From positions 5,670-69,669 of the forward strand of contig CAYFHQ010000004.1 in assembly GCA_964342805.1 (NCBI GenBank): a stretch of DNA of 64,000 nt, in the 5' to 3' direction. The notes beneath the pieces were generated by a model. The model ran no database searches and had not been told where the DNA came from. It saw nothing but the letters and a program-made list of their open reading frames with translations. Source of the DNA: an uncultured Peptostreptococcaceae bacterium. GTDB taxonomy: Bacteria > Bacillota > Clostridia > Peptostreptococcales > Acidaminobacteraceae. Shown here piece by piece: positions 1 through 13,091 of the stretch. Position 1 is the stretch's first letter. Every line of letters starts with the position of its first letter. A program made the translations under genes and the position numbers.

Positions 1-124
1 ATTCATTTCGGATATTGATATCCCGATTGTCTTTATAAATCCTAAAGAGTTTCTTGCTGTCCATCTCTTTGTAGTTTTCTGTACTACTCGTTCCAGATTC
101 GATTCTCGAAGTCATACTATTCAT
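1..124 (-). CDS. sigma-70 family alternative sigma factor (SigB/SigF-like), N-terminal fragment continuing beyond the window edge
   Basis: Not in the ORF track (no stop inside window). Minus-strand ATG at 124-122 with GGGGG about 8 nt upstream. Reads MNSMTSRIESGTSSTENYKEMDSKKLFRIYKDNRDINIRNE.. It is third after a STAS antagonist and an anti-sigma kinase, the rsbV-rsbW-sigB / spoIIAA-AB-sigF order. Only 41 codons are visible. Confidence 0.4.
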   Translation of the reverse strand, partial: MNSMTSRIESGTSSTENYKEMDSKKLFRIYKDNRDINIRNE

Positions 125-210
125 ATGATATCAGCCCCCGACATGTACGTTTGTCTATCGGCCATTACCGGCAATAGTCTATCTCTCTGTTCTATCGCCC
201 CGCACCCTTC

Positions 211-612
211 TTAAACAGCAAGCTTTTTCATTAGACGAATGGTTGTGCCTTCACCTACCAGTGAATCCACAGAAACCTCATCCATCAATGATTTCATAAT
301 AAATATACCTAAACCATTGCCTTGTGGGTTGCTGAGATCTGGCGCTTCATAATTGTCCAGCTCAAAGCCATTGCCACAATCTTTTACTTCAATGACAAAG
401 GTACCGTCTTCCACTTGGAAACATATATCAAATGTCTCCTTGCAGAAACTGTGTAACACAGCGTTGTTACATGCTTCTCCTACTGCAACCTTAATGTCTT
501 CAATTGCTTCAATATCAAACCCCATATTGTTCGCAACGACCGATGCAGTTAATCTGGCTATACTCACATACTCAGATTTTGTTGGTAGTGAGAGAGAAAT
601 GCAATCCTTCAT
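211..612 (-). CDS. anti-sigma factor serine-protein kinase (RsbW/SpoIIAB family, GHKL fold)
   Basis: 133 aa ORF. Kinase motifs are readable in the translation (N-box-like EACNNAVLH, G1 DCGNGF, G2 GNGLGIFIM). Lies directly downstream of a STAS gene. Confidence 0.85.
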   Translation of the reverse strand: MKDCISLSLPTKSEYVSIARLTASVVANNMGFDIEAIEDIKVAVGEACNNAVLHSFCKETFDICFQVEDGTFVIEVKDCGNGFELDNYEAPDLSNPQGNGLGIFIMKSLMDEVSVDSLVGEGTTIRLMKKLAV

Positions 613-662
613 TGAAATCGTCCACCCTTTACTTTCAAAATCAATGGTCCGCTACCCTTGTA

Positions 663-980
663 TTAGGACTCCATGATAAATATCTTATCTAGGCCCGTAA
701 TACTCAGCAACTTCACAATGTTCGATTGTGCATTCTGAATCATGATTTCATTCTCGTTCTTTTTAACACGTTTCAGAACCCCGATCAATACACCAAGACC
801 CGTCGAATCGATATACGATAAACTCTGACAGTTAATTTTCAAATCAACTTCATGCTTATCAAGAAGTTGGTTCAGCTCTTCTTTCAGTCTGCCAGACGTT
901 TGGATATCCACATCCCCAACCAATTCAACGCTCCAGGTATGCGCGGATTCAACAAATTCTGTATTCATCTTTAGTGACAT
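663..980 (-). CDS. anti-sigma factor antagonist (STAS domain, RsbV/SpoIIAA family)
   Basis: 105 aa. STAS hallmark SYIDSTGLGVLIG with the phosphorylatable Ser. GGGGG RBS before ATG 980. First gene of the antagonist-kinase-sigma operon. Confidence 0.85.
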   Translation of the reverse strand: MSLKMNTEFVESAHTWSVELVGDVDIQTSGRLKEELNQLLDKHEVDLKINCQSLSYIDSTGLGVLIGVLKRVKKNENEIMIQNAQSNIVKLLSITGLDKIFIMES

Positions 981-1031
981 GTGCTGTCCCCCTTTGGTTA
1001 ATATTCTTTATGAATTCAGAAGTCCGATCAA

Positions 1032-1057
1032 ATACCCTATCCTCATACATACCAAAC
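1032..1057 (-). promoter_or_regulatory. candidate SigB-type promoter of the partner-switching operon
   Basis: Minus strand reads GTTTGG (1057-1052), 14 nt spacer, GGGTAT (1037-1032), about 50 nt upstream of the STAS start. The B. subtilis sigma-B consensus is GTTTAA-N12-15-GGGTAT. Confidence 0.4.
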
Positions 1058-1251
1058 AGGGCATCGTACTAAACAGGATTTCGTAATTTCTGTACGTTTC
1101 ATTATACCTGAATTTTTCCAAAGGCTCAAAGGTCTAAGCCATTCTTCCCCATTATTTTCGAATATTAAGATAATTTAATCGATTTACCAAAGGTATTTAT
1201 GGGTTTTTAACATAAATTATGTATATTAGCGTCAACAGAGGGGGAATACAT

Positions 1252-2880
1252 ATGAAACTCAAAAACATATTTCATTGGAAAGTCATTTTTACACTCACCA
1301 TGGTTTTAGTGGTCTTAAGCCTGGCCGGTTTTATCTATGGCCAACAAATGAAGTTACCATCGGAAGACTGGTCTCTAGGCATCCCCATTGACCAATATGA
1401 ACTCAATACGGACTTCGACAGCCTAATTGGTCAAAACACCAAGGCTTTTGGGCTTCCGTCTGGGGAACTTGTTAATACATTTATCTTGGGACAAGATGCG
1501 GTTATCCGTAAGTTCAACGAAGACTTTACCTTAATGGGTGAGCTCACCGTGCCCCTGTCTGGAGTGGCAACCCAGATGAATGGGAAACATTCAGAGTCCA
1601 CTCTGGAACTCACTGCCTTTGTACCGGAAAGTCAGACCCTGCACTTCATAACCTTGGACACTGCTACCATGGAGCTCATAAAAGAAGAAAACACTCCCGT
1701 TGAGGCCAAGAGCGTAAAACTGGCTGAAGACCAAGCGGTTGTTGTTTATGAGGACCGGATAGAGCGCATTATAGACGGCCAAACTCAGGTCTTTGACATT
1801 TCCGCCACAGGCCGGATTGAACTGGCCAATGTCCTACAAACGGGGAGTGAAATCCTTGTTGCCACGGTTCAATTTGAACAGGCCAAGTACAAGATCTACG
1901 CTTCCACACTAACACCAGATGGCGAAGTCCACACGGTTCACCTGGCCGATATCCCATCACGATCCACCATTGTTCCCATCAATATAGAAATGTCCAGCAT
2001 TGGCGACGAACAAACCCTAGTGACTACCAGTAAAGACAACCGATTTGGTGTGAACTATGTCACCTACGCTACCCGCCAATCAGACGGAACCTATAAAGTG
2101 TCAGACTATGAAATATCCACTTACTTGGCGGTCCCCTACTTTGTTCAGAATGGTGACCAGGTCCAGTATCTTATGAATTTCTGGAATGCCAACCTGGGAC
2201 GATCAGAGCTATCTAGAGGGTTTACGAGTTATCAGAATCTCTACCTGATTGATCCTCTAGTGGGCCAGCCCAAACAGCTGACCATCTCCCAGACACCATC
2301 GATCAAGCCCAGCTATTTCAACAATGGAGACTATGCCTACCTGGTCTACAATGAGCATAGGGAGGGGAAAAACACCGTGTATGTTTCCTCTAACAACCCC
2401 GCCCTCATTGACCGGTCGGTGTCCATAACACCTGGGGTTGCAGCAGACGTTTTTTCTAGGACCCTAAGCGTCTACCCAGCCGTCTTGATGAGTGGCTTGG
2501 TGACATCCATGATCTCCATATTCTTTATTGCAGCCTTTGTCCTCCCTGTCATGATGTTCGCCATGAGATGGGCTGAGAACAACAAGCGATTTATTGCCAT
2601 CATGAGCATTGTCCTCTACCTGGGTTCACAGATTTTCTGGTACCACACCGTGGTCTTTAAGGGATTGGCCGAAAACGCAACCTTCCCTGCTTTTATTGGA
2701 AACACGACCACTGGCTGGATCTATTACGGCCTTCTGACAGCCCTCACCTTCTATTGCTTCTGGGACCGATACCAGAGACAGTCGAAAAAGAATGAGTACT
2801 TCCTCAAGAGTATAGGTGCCTTTGTTGTTATGCACCTGCTGGCAACCATTTTCTTCTTCTTGCCCTACTCCATGATCTAA
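1252..2880 (+). CDS. hypothetical polytopic membrane protein (N-terminal TM anchor, about 400 aa extracytoplasmic beta-rich domain, C-terminal multi-TM bundle)
   Basis: ORF 1219..2880. Preferred start is ATG 1252 (MKLKNIF..) just after GAGGGGG. Hydrophobic segment VIFTLTMVLVVLSLAGFIY plus about 4 TM segments in the last 150 aa. No family recognised. Confidence 0.6.
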   Translation: MKLKNIFHWKVIFTLTMVLVVLSLAGFIYGQQMKLPSEDWSLGIPIDQYELNTDFDSLIGQNTKAFGLPSGELVNTFILGQDAVIRKFNEDFTLMGELTVPLSGVATQMNGKHSESTLELTAFVPESQTLHFITLDTATMELIKEENTPVEAKSVKLAEDQAVVVYEDRIERIIDGQTQVFDISATGRIELANVLQTGSEILVATVQFEQAKYKIYASTLTPDGEVHTVHLADIPSRSTIVPINIEMSSIGDEQTLVTTSKDNRFGVNYVTYATRQSDGTYKVSDYEISTYLAVPYFVQNGDQVQYLMNFWNANLGRSELSRGFTSYQNLYLIDPLVGQPKQLTISQTPSIKPSYFNNGDYAYLVYNEHREGKNTVYVSSNNPALIDRSVSITPGVAADVFSRTLSVYPAVLMSGLVTSMISIFFIAAFVLPVMMFAMRWAENNKRFIAIMSIVLYLGSQIFWYHTVVFKGLAENATFPAFIGNTTTGWIYYGLLTALTFYCFWDRYQRQSKKNEYFLKSIGAFVVMHLLATIFFFLPYSMI

Positions 2881-2889
2881 CACAAAAAA

Positions 2890-2920
2890 CCACTTGCCAT
2901 AAGGCAGGTGGTTTTCTTTT
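2890..2920 (+). terminator. rho-independent terminator after the membrane-protein gene
   Basis: Stem CCACTTGCC / GGCAGGTGG (one G-U pair), loop ATAA, tail TTTTCTTTT. Confidence 0.75.
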
Positions 2921-3027
2921 TAGGTTATTTTCAGTTTAATCCAGCATGGTAGCATGGTCCCTTATGAGGAATTCTGACCACAAGCACATAGACAGTCATA
3001 CGTATTGCCCCTCACGGCCTTTTAGGC

Positions 3028-3062
3028 AAAAAAAGAGGAATCCAAAACAATGTCTGGATTCC
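3028..3062 (-). terminator. rho-independent terminator downstream of gyrA (minus strand)
   Basis: Stem GGAATCCA / TGGATTCC (3037-3044 / 3055-3062). The A-run at 3028-3034 on plus is a T-run on the transcribed strand. About 85 nt after the gyrA stop. Confidence 0.6.
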
Positions 3063-3145
3063 GTTTCGAACTTCAGAATCGAATATATTAAAGGGGGCTA
3101 TATTGCTATAATCCCCATTTTTCTAGGGTTTAAACATGGAAAATA

Positions 3146-5656
3146 TTACTCTTCTGTGACAAGCATTTCTTCTGATTGCTCAACCGCTTGATCCTGCTCA
3201 CTTGTCGGATTTTCTTCTCCATCTTCATCATCAAGATCTTTTTCTGCAATCTTGGCCATGGCCACCAGGACATCATCATCCTTGGTCTTCATGAGGGTAA
3301 CACCTGAAGTTGAACGACCCATGGTTGAAATATCGTCTACCATTAGTCGGATCAGAACACCGTAGGAGTTAATCAACATGATTTCATCACCTGGCTCAAC
3401 AATGCGGGCACCAATCAAGTTGCCTGTCTTGCTGGAGATATTGTAAGTCTTAATGCCCTTACCACCACGGGTTTGTGTCCGGTACTCATCTAGGTTGGTC
3501 TGCTTACCATAGCCATTTTCGCTGACTACAAGAAGCTTGGCACCTTCAACTACACGAACCATGGACACAACGCTGTCCCCATGCTCCAGTAGGATACCAC
3601 GAACACCAGTGGCAAGTCGTCCCATTTCCCGTACGTCGGTTTCCTGGAAGCGAATAGCCTTACCCATTTCCGTAATGATCATCAATTCGTCAGCCCCATC
3701 GGATACGCGAACTGAAATCAGTTCATCCCCTTCGTTCAGGTTGATGGCAATCAGACCCGTTTTACGGTTGGTGTCATACTTCTGAAGGGCTGTCTTCTTG
3801 ATCGTACCATTCTTCGTCGTAAAGACCAGGTTACCTGCCGAGAAGTCCTTGATCGGAATCATGGACGTAACAGACTCGTCTTGGTCCAGCTGAACAAGGT
3901 TGACCACATTGGTTCCCTTGGCCGTACGACCAGCCTCTGGGATCTCATAGGCCTTCATCCGGTAGACCTTGCCGAAGTTGGTGAAGATCAGCAAGTAATC
4001 ATGGGTTGAGGTCGTGTAGATTTGCTCAACAAAGTCTTCTTCACGGGTGGTCATACCCTGCTTACCCCGGCCACCTCGGCGCTGGGCTGAGTACTCACTC
4101 ACAGAAACACGTTTGATATAGCCGTTGTGAGTCAACGTAACCACAACTTCTTCTTCATCAATCATGTCCTCGATATTGATTTCATCCATGGAGAAGGAAA
4201 TCTTCGTACGACGGTCGTCGCCATACTTTTCCTTAATCCGGATCAGGTCTTCCTTGATCACTTCTAGGAGCAGCTTTTCGTCTGCCAGAATGGCCTGTAG
4301 CTCTTCAATAACAGCAGTGACCTGCTTGTACTCTTCTTCAATTTTGTCTCGTTCTAGGCCAGTTAGACGCTGGAGACGCATATCTAGGATGGCCTGAGCC
4401 TGAACATCGGAGAAACCGAAGCGCTCCATGAGGCGTTCCTTGGCCACAGCACCATTGGAAGAAGCACGAATGATCTTAATAACTTCGTCAATGTTGTCAA
4501 TGGCAATACGGAAGCCTTCCAAAATGTGCTGGCGACGTAGGGCCTTGTCCAGGTCGAACTGGACCCGGCGGGTTTCCACTTCTTTTTGGTGGTTGATATA
4601 GTGGGTCAGAATCTGGTGTAGGTTCAAGACCTTTGGCTGATTGTCCACCAGGGCAATCATGATAATGGAGAAGGTCACCTGCATTTGCGAATGCTTGTAA
4701 AGCTTGTTGAGGACCACGTTAGGATTGGCGTCCTTGCGGAGTTCAATCACAACCCGGATTCCCTTACGGTCTGACTCGTCCCGAAGGTCGGTAATGCCGT
4801 CAATTTTTTTGTTGCGAACCAGGTCAGCAATACCCTCAATCATTTTCGATTTATTCACCTGGTAAGGGACCTCATTGATAATGATGGCCATTTTACCAGG
4901 GCGGATTTCTTCAATTTCTGTTTTTGAGCGAACCAGAACCCGGCCACGGCCTGTTCTATAGGCTTGCTTGATCATTTCCATACCCATGATTTCCGCACCT
5001 GTTGGGAAGTCAGGGCCATGGATGATTTCAATCAAGTCTTCAACGTCCGTTTCTGGGTCATCGATCATTTTAATGGTACCGTCAATAACCTCATTAAGGT
5101 TATGTGGCGGTATAGACGTGGCAAGGCCAACGGCAATACCATTGGACCCGTTCACTAAAAGGTTGGGGAATCGGGATGGCAGAACCGTAGGTTCTTTTTC
5201 CGTCTCGTCAAAGTTGACGGTGAAATCAACCGTGTTCTTGTCAATGTCCTTGAGGAGTTCATTGGTCAGCTTGGTCATACGGGCTTCCGTATAACGCATG
5301 GCTGCTGCGCCGTCGCCATCTATGGAACCAAAGTTCCCGTGGCCATCCACAAGCATATAGCGGATGGAGAAGTCCTGTGCCATACGTACCATGGCGTTGT
5401 AAACGGAAGAGTCACCGTGGGGGTGATACTTACCCAGTACTTCACCGACAATACGGGCAGACTTTCTGTGCTGCTTTTCAGACGTGAAGCCCAGACCGTG
5501 CATAGCGTATAGGATCCGTCTATGTACTGGCTTGAGACCATCTCTGACATCTGGAAGCGCCCGGCTCACGATTACACTCATGGCGTAATCAATATATGAT
5601 TTTTTCATTTCATCCCGAATATCAATATTCAAGATTTTATCGTTTGTCTGTGTCAT
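3146..5656 (-). CDS. gyrA: DNA gyrase subunit A
   Basis: 836 aa. N-terminal [27 protein letters not shown] and HPHGD motifs, C-terminal repeat domain and acidic tail. Follows gyrB. Confidence 0.98.
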   Translation of the reverse strand: MTQTNDKILNIDIRDEMKKSYIDYAMSVIVSRALPDVRDGLKPVHRRILYAMHGLGFTSEKQHRKSARIVGEVLGKYHPHGDSSVYNAMVRMAQDFSIRYMLVDGHGNFGSIDGDGAAAMRYTEARMTKLTNELLKDIDKNTVDFTVNFDETEKEPTVLPSRFPNLLVNGSNGIAVGLATSIPPHNLNEVIDGTIKMIDDPETDVEDLIEIIHGPDFPTGAEIMGMEMIKQAYRTGRGRVLVRSKTEIEEIRPGKMAIIINEVPYQVNKSKMIEGIADLVRNKKIDGITDLRDESDRKGIRVVIELRKDANPNVVLNKLYKHSQMQVTFSIIMIALVDNQPKVLNLHQILTHYINHQKEVETRRVQFDLDKALRRQHILEGFRIAIDNIDEVIKIIRASSNGAVAKERLMERFGFSDVQAQAILDMRLQRLTGLERDKIEEEYKQVTAVIEELQAILADEKLLLEVIKEDLIRIKEKYGDDRRTKISFSMDEINIEDMIDEEEVVVTLTHNGYIKRVSVSEYSAQRRGGRGKQGMTTREEDFVEQIYTTSTHDYLLIFTNFGKVYRMKAYEIPEAGRTAKGTNVVNLVQLDQDESVTSMIPIKDFSAGNLVFTTKNGTIKKTALQKYDTNRKTGLIAINLNEGDELISVRVSDGADELMIITEMGKAIRFQETDVREMGRLATGVRGILLEHGDSVVSMVRVVEGAKLLVVSENGYGKQTNLDEYRTQTRGGKGIKTYNISSKTGNLIGARIVEPGDEIMLINSYGVLIRLMVDDISTMGRSTSGVTLMKTKDDDVLVAMAKIAEKDLDDEDGEENPTSEQDQAVEQSEEMLVTEE

Positions 5657-5668
5657 CTAGTCGCACCT

Positions 5669-8714
<3,046 letters not shown>

Positions 8715-8722
8715 GGCCGCCT

Positions 8723-8968
8723 CTACGCTTCTTCACTCACCACTTTGATTGGGATCATTTCTGTGATATTTCCCTCTTCGTCAGGGATAAAGACTTCCAC
8801 CTGGTCGCCCTCTCTGATTTTTTTGCCTCTCATGGTGCATATTTCGCCGTTTACCTGCACTAAGCCCTCTTGGATGAATAGTTTAGCCACCCCACCTGAA
8901 TCGACGATCTGAGCGATTTTTAGGAGCTGGTCTAGCTTGATAAACTCTCCCTTGATTTCAATGTTCAT
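8723..8968 (-). CDS. yaaA: S4-domain RNA-binding protein YaaA
   Basis: 81 aa. [31 protein letters not shown] matches the YaaA/S4 pattern. Conserved position between dnaN and recF. Confidence 0.8.
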   Translation of the reverse strand: MNIEIKGEFIKLDQLLKIAQIVDSGGVAKLFIQEGLVQVNGEICTMRGKKIREGDQVEVFIPDEEGNITEMIPIKVVSEEA

Positions 8969-9030
8969 ACTGTTGCCTCCTCTATGTACAGATTGAGTCC
9001 CCGGAAAACTCCGAGGACTCAGTAAATGTC

Positions 9031-10143
9031 TTATGATACGTTTGCAATTCGTACAGGTGTAACAATGTAAATATAGTTGTCTTGGTCAGCTGGTGAAATG
9101 ACACATGGGCTAACTGAACTGGTTAGCTTCACTTCCACTTCCTCAGCGTCGATTACTTTGAGGGCGTCAGTCAGGTACTTCGGATTAAACCCAATTTCTA
9201 GATTTTCACCGCTGAGCTTGATGGCCACCTCTTCAATGACACTTCCCATTTCCGTGTTGGATGTAATGGACATGACATGGTCCCTGATGGTGAGCTTAAT
9301 GGAGTTGTTCTTTCCTTCTCTGGCCATCAGACTTGCCCGTTCAATACCTGCCAGTAGTTCATTGGTGGATACCCGAAGGACCGACTTGAACTCTTTAGGC
9401 TGGATCATTTCATATTGTATGTACTCACCTTCAAGAATTCGTGAAACAACCCGGATGTCTTCAATGGTGAATAGGATATGTTTTTCCGTAAAGGCCACGT
9501 CGATGGTCTCGTCTCCATCATAGCTGCCTAGTATTCGGTTGATTTCTGCCAGGGTTTTTCCTGGAATGACCGCTTGGTTGACGCTGGTGGATTCTAAGGT
9601 TGCCTTTCGAATGGCTAAACGATAGCCATCAATGGAAACCATGGTTAAACCACTTTCTTCAACTTTGACCAGTGACCCCGTCAAGATAGGCTTGGAGTCA
9701 TTTTGGCTAATGGCGAAAATGGTCTGCTTGATCATGTTTTTGAGTAGGTCTTGTGGGATTGCATAAGTATTCATCGCTTCCACTTCAGGGAGTTCTGGAA
9801 ACTCAGCTGCAGGTTGACCCAGAACGCTAAAGTCTGAACGCTCACACAAAACACGAACATTCATGTTCTCATCCACTTCGATTGTTATGTTGGCGTTTGG
9901 TAATTTTCGAATGATCTCCCCAAAGAGTTTAGAGGACACAACAATGCTACCTTCCGTTTGGATCTCAGCAGGAATGGTTGTTTCAATTCCAATACTTAAA
10001 TCATTACCGGTTAATCTCAGTTGCCCATCAGTGGCTTCTAAAAGAATTCCTTTCAAAATAGGAAGTGTTGTTTTTGATGAAACAGCTTTTTGAACAATGT
10101 TGATGGCACTGGACAAATCATGCTGGCTGCAGTTCAGTTTCAT
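9031..10143 (-). CDS. dnaN: DNA polymerase III beta sliding clamp
   Basis: 370 aa. Typical DnaN N-terminus (..[21 protein letters not shown]..). Immediately downstream of dnaA. Confidence 0.97.
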   Translation of the reverse strand: MKLNCSQHDLSSAINIVQKAVSSKTTLPILKGILLEATDGQLRLTGNDLSIGIETTIPAEIQTEGSIVVSSKLFGEIIRKLPNANITIEVDENMNVRVLCERSDFSVLGQPAAEFPELPEVEAMNTYAIPQDLLKNMIKQTIFAISQNDSKPILTGSLVKVEESGLTMVSIDGYRLAIRKATLESTSVNQAVIPGKTLAEINRILGSYDGDETIDVAFTEKHILFTIEDIRVVSRILEGEYIQYEMIQPKEFKSVLRVSTNELLAGIERASLMAREGKNNSIKLTIRDHVMSITSNTEMGSVIEEVAIKLSGENLEIGFNPKYLTDALKVIDAEEVEVKLTSSVSPCVISPADQDNYIYIVTPVRIANVS

Positions 10144-10179
10144 GTGGAAAACCTCCTGTCATCACGCAGGTGATGGATG

Positions 10180-10391
10180 TTATTTAGATAGTAATATTAA
10201 TACAGTCATAGTAATAGGGCCTGTGAATTTGTGTAAAAGCAGGTCAAGGCAAGTAAGGGCAGTGGAAGCGGGTGTGAATCATTTGTGGATGACTGGGTGA
10301 TTGATGGCCCCTTTATCCACAAGGTGATGACCCCATGATTCCAGTAAACTTACCCACAGTTTTCATTATGTTATTCACAGGAAAATGTGGA
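10180..10391. other. oriC module in the dnaA-dnaN spacer (DnaA boxes plus AT-rich / DnaA-trio-like unwinding region)
   Basis: Perfect TTATCCACA at 10313-10321. One-mismatch boxes at about 10283 (TGTGGATGA), about 10371 (TTATTCACA) and about 10387 (TGTGGATTA). Weaker box TGTGAATTT at 10226-10234, then GGCC, then TAGTAATAG (10213-10221), then AT-rich TAGATAGTAATATTAATAC. Confidence 0.7.
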
Positions 10392-11726
10392 TTACTCCCC
10401 TTGGATCTCTTTTCTTAGCTTGCTAATGGTTTCAGAAAGGTCATGGTTGGCCCTTTGGTCTTTACTGATTTTTTCGTAGGCATGGATGACCGTTGTATGG
10501 TCTCGTCCGCCAAATTCCTCTCCAATCTTAGGGAGGGACAGGTCGGTCATTTCCCTACTTAGGTACATGGCGATCTGCCGCGGGAAGGAAATGGACCGGG
10601 TTCTCCGCTTGGAGTCAAGGTCTTCTACTTTTAGGGAATAGTACTGGGACACAACGTCTTTAATGAGGCCGATGGTAATTTGCTTGGGCTTAGAAGACGC
10701 AATAATGTCCTTGAGGGCTTCTTGGGACAGATCAACAGTGATTTCTTTATTCGTTAAAGAGGAATAAGCGATCACACGGGTCAAGGCCCCTTCAAGTTCT
10801 CGAATGTTGGACTTGATTTTTTTAGCAATGAATTCATAAACTTCATTTGGAATATCGATATTGTCCAGCTCAGCCTTTTTGCGGAGGATGGCAATTCGAG
10901 TTTCGAAGTCAGGAGCCTGGATATCCGTAATCAGTCCCCATTCAAATCTGGACCGTAGACGGTCTTCCAGGGTTGGAATTTCTTTAGGTGGTCTATCAGA
11001 AGACACGATAATCTGCTTATTGGCTTCATAAAGGGCATTGAATGTATGGAAGAATTCTTCCTGGGTTCTTTCCTTACCAGCGATAAACTGAATATCATCG
11101 ACTAGAAGCACGTCCACATTCCGGTAGCGGTTGCGGAACTCTTCGTTTTTATCATCTTTAATGGAGTTGATCAGTTCGTTGGTGAATTTTTCACTGGAAA
11201 CATAAACGACCTTGGCCATATTGTTCTGGTCCAGGATGTAGTGACCAATGGCATGCATCAGGTGGGTCTTACCTAGACCTACCCCTCCATATATAAATAG
11301 AGGGTTATAGGCACGGGCAGGCGACTCAGCTACGGCCAAGGACGCTGCATGGGCAAAACGGTTGCTGTTGCCAATAACGAACTCGTCAAAGACATACTTG
11401 GGATTCAGGTTTGGAGCTTCAAGTGGTTCTAGCTTGGTCTTGGCTCTGGTTTCCGTTTCAGCATATTGGCTGATTTCCTCTGGAATTATGAACTCAAGTG
11501 TATAATCCTGACCGCTAACCTGCTGGACTGCATTGGCAATCAAAGATACATATCTATTCTCTAGAATTTCCTTATTAAACTGGTTTGGTACAGCCAGAAT
11601 AAATTTCTTTCCTTTAATAGACACAGGCTCTATTGTTTTTAACCAAGTGTTATAACTCACCTCAGTTAGTTCAGAGCGCATCAGTTGTAATGTTTTGTCC
11701 CAAATCTCTTGGACATTGAAATTCAT
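10392..11726 (-). CDS. dnaA: chromosomal replication initiator DnaA
   Basis: ORF 10392..11807. Preferred start is ATG 11726 ([13 protein letters not shown]..) behind a GGGGG RBS, giving 444 aa. AAA+ Walker [11 protein letters not shown] and C-terminal DnaA-box-binding helix (DHTTVIHA). Confidence 0.97.
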   Translation of the reverse strand: MNFNVQEIWDKTLQLMRSELTEVSYNTWLKTIEPVSIKGKKFILAVPNQFNKEILENRYVSLIANAVQQVSGQDYTLEFIIPEEISQYAETETRAKTKLEPLEAPNLNPKYVFDEFVIGNSNRFAHAASLAVAESPARAYNPLFIYGGVGLGKTHLMHAIGHYILDQNNMAKVVYVSSEKFTNELINSIKDDKNEEFRNRYRNVDVLLVDDIQFIAGKERTQEEFFHTFNALYEANKQIIVSSDRPPKEIPTLEDRLRSRFEWGLITDIQAPDFETRIAILRKKAELDNIDIPNEVYEFIAKKIKSNIRELEGALTRVIAYSSLTNKEITVDLSQEALKDIIASSKPKQITIGLIKDVVSQYYSLKVEDLDSKRRTRSISFPRQIAMYLSREMTDLSLPKIGEEFGGRDHTTVIHAYEKISKDQRANHDLSETISKLRKEIQGE

Positions 11727-11831
11727 GTAGCTACCCCCTACATCTATGGTTATTTTTAAAATCAATCCACAACATATACACAGATTTTGTGAATAACTTT
11801 TAAGCATGGTACAATAAGCACGGCTTTTTAG

Positions 11832-12154
11832 TTATACACAGACGAAGAAAATTGATGTGGATGATCGATCTTCTCATTTCATTAGGTCACATCATTCACA
11901 AAATGAAGTTCACAAGTTGTCCACTTATCCTTTGAGTGTTTTCAGTGAATAACAGGCAAAATTCTGGATACTTATTGACATATGCACAGACTTATCCACA
12001 AAATGTGGTGGTTTTACAAAAAGTGAGTCATTAATTCACATATCAACAAGCGATAAATATCCTATCAGAATTTTGTCGGCAATTCAATTATAAACTATGA
12101 TTTATCCACAGGGAAGGTTTTTGTGGATAACTTTTGATGTGGATCTTATTCACA
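11832..12154. other. oriC DnaA-box cluster between dnaA and rpmH
   Basis: Perfect boxes TTATCCACA at 11992-12000 and 12102-12110, and TGTGGATAA at 12122-12130. One-mismatch boxes at 11832-11840, 11856-11864 and 12146-12154. Weaker two-mismatch boxes at 11892-11900, 12032-12040 and 12138-12146. Confidence 0.9.
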
Positions 12155-12335
12155 TGAGGATAAAATTAATGTGTTGTAATTAATGAAGGAATGCAATATA
12201 ATAGTGAAGGTTTGTATCAGCAGTAATGTTCTTGACACCGCAAGGGGTGTAGGATATAATGACTGAGCGATACTTTTGATTGATATGACTAACATCATTC
12301 AAATAAATGAATTTTGTAACAAGGAGGTGTTTGGT

Positions 12336-12470
12336 TTGAAGCGAACGTACCAGCCTAAGAAGCGCCAGCGTAAAGTTGAGCACGGCTTCCGTAAGCGAAT
12401 GAAAACAAAATCCGGCCGTAATGTTCTGAAAAGAAGACGTCTAAGAGGACGTAAGAAATTGGCTGCATAA
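12336..12470 (+). CDS. rpmH: 50S ribosomal protein L34
   Basis: TTG start 12336, in frame with ORF 12276..12470 and 8 nt after AAGGAGG. 44 aa: [43 protein letters not shown]. Confidence 0.95.
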   Translation: MKRTYQPKKRQRKVEHGFRKRMKTKSGRNVLKRRRLRGRKKLAA

Positions 12471-12494
12471 GACCGCTGTTAGTGGTCTTTTTTT
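12470..12494 (+). terminator. weak terminator/attenuator between rpmH and rnpA
   Basis: 8-bp stem AGACCGCT / AGTGGTCT (one G-U pair), 3-nt loop, T7 run. Confidence 0.45.
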
Positions 12495-12529
12495 GCAATT
12501 GGAATTAAGATTGTCTGTTGGAGGGATCA

Positions 12530-12853
12530 ATGCCACTGGAAAGCCTACGAACCACTCAGGAATTCCACCGTGTATACAAACGTGGCAAGTCCGTTGTTAA
12601 CCGTCATATTGTTGTGTATTACTTACCGAACAATTTGGGTAAAAACCGAGTGGGGATTTCGGTAAGTAAGAAGGTTGGGAACGCTGTGACACGCAATCGA
12701 GTAAAACGGTTAATTCGTGAAGTTTACAGATTAAACGGGGATGGGATCCGACAAGGATACGATATCGTATTTGTCGCAAGGGTAAGGACAAACAGCGCTA
12801 CTTTTCGTGATATTAAGCGTGCGATGACTGCACTTTTTAAGAAGATTGGGTAG
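12530..12853 (+). CDS. rnpA: ribonuclease P protein component
   Basis: ATG 12530 five nt after GGAGGG (the ORF track starts at TTG 12518). Basic protein with RNR motif region (..[18 protein letters not shown]..). Follows rpmH. Confidence 0.93.
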   Translation: MPLESLRTTQEFHRVYKRGKSVVNRHIVVYYLPNNLGKNRVGISVSKKVGNAVTRNRVKRLIREVYRLNGDGIRQGYDIVFVARVRTNSATFRDIKRAMTALFKKIG

Positions 12854-12855
12854 AC

Positions 12856-13065
12856 ATGCGGTATTTCTTTATTTTTTTGATTCGTTTGTACCAAAAATTC
12901 ATATCCCCCTTACTTGGTCCACGCTGCAGGTTCTATCCGTCATGCTCCCAGTATTCACTGGAAGCGTTTCAGAAATACGGAGCCTTTAAGGGTGGCTACT
13001 TATCATTGAGACGAATTTTGAGATGTCATCCATTTCATCCTGGTGGATATGACCCACTGGAGTAG
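12856..13065 (+). CDS. yidD: membrane protein insertion efficiency factor YidD
   Basis: 69 aa. [36 protein letters not shown] is the YidD signature. Confidence 0.9.
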   Translation: MRYFFIFLIRLYQKFISPLLGPRCRFYPSCSQYSLEAFQKYGAFKGGYLSLRRILRCHPFHPGGYDPLE

Positions 13066-13091
13066 AGGATACAGAATAGGAGGAAAGTTCG

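Noticed and set aside
2946-3191. 81-aa plus-strand ORF in the spacer between the membrane-protein gene and gyrA
   Set aside because: It has no RBS. It runs through the minus-strand gyrA terminator and into the gyrA 3' end. The basic, low-complexity translation has no recognisable family.
11727-11807. N-terminal extensions offered by the ORF track. These are dnaA 11727-11807, HD-GYP 27577-27681, ctc 35539-35679, PP2C 44924-45112, aminotransferase 50641-50739, yybS 53291-53410, DUF2325 43487-43516, tadA 26680-26739 and yqeC 46223-46264.
   Set aside because: In each case an internal start with a good Shine-Dalgarno gives the canonical family N-terminus. The extension would overlap a terminator, promoter, operator or RNA gene.
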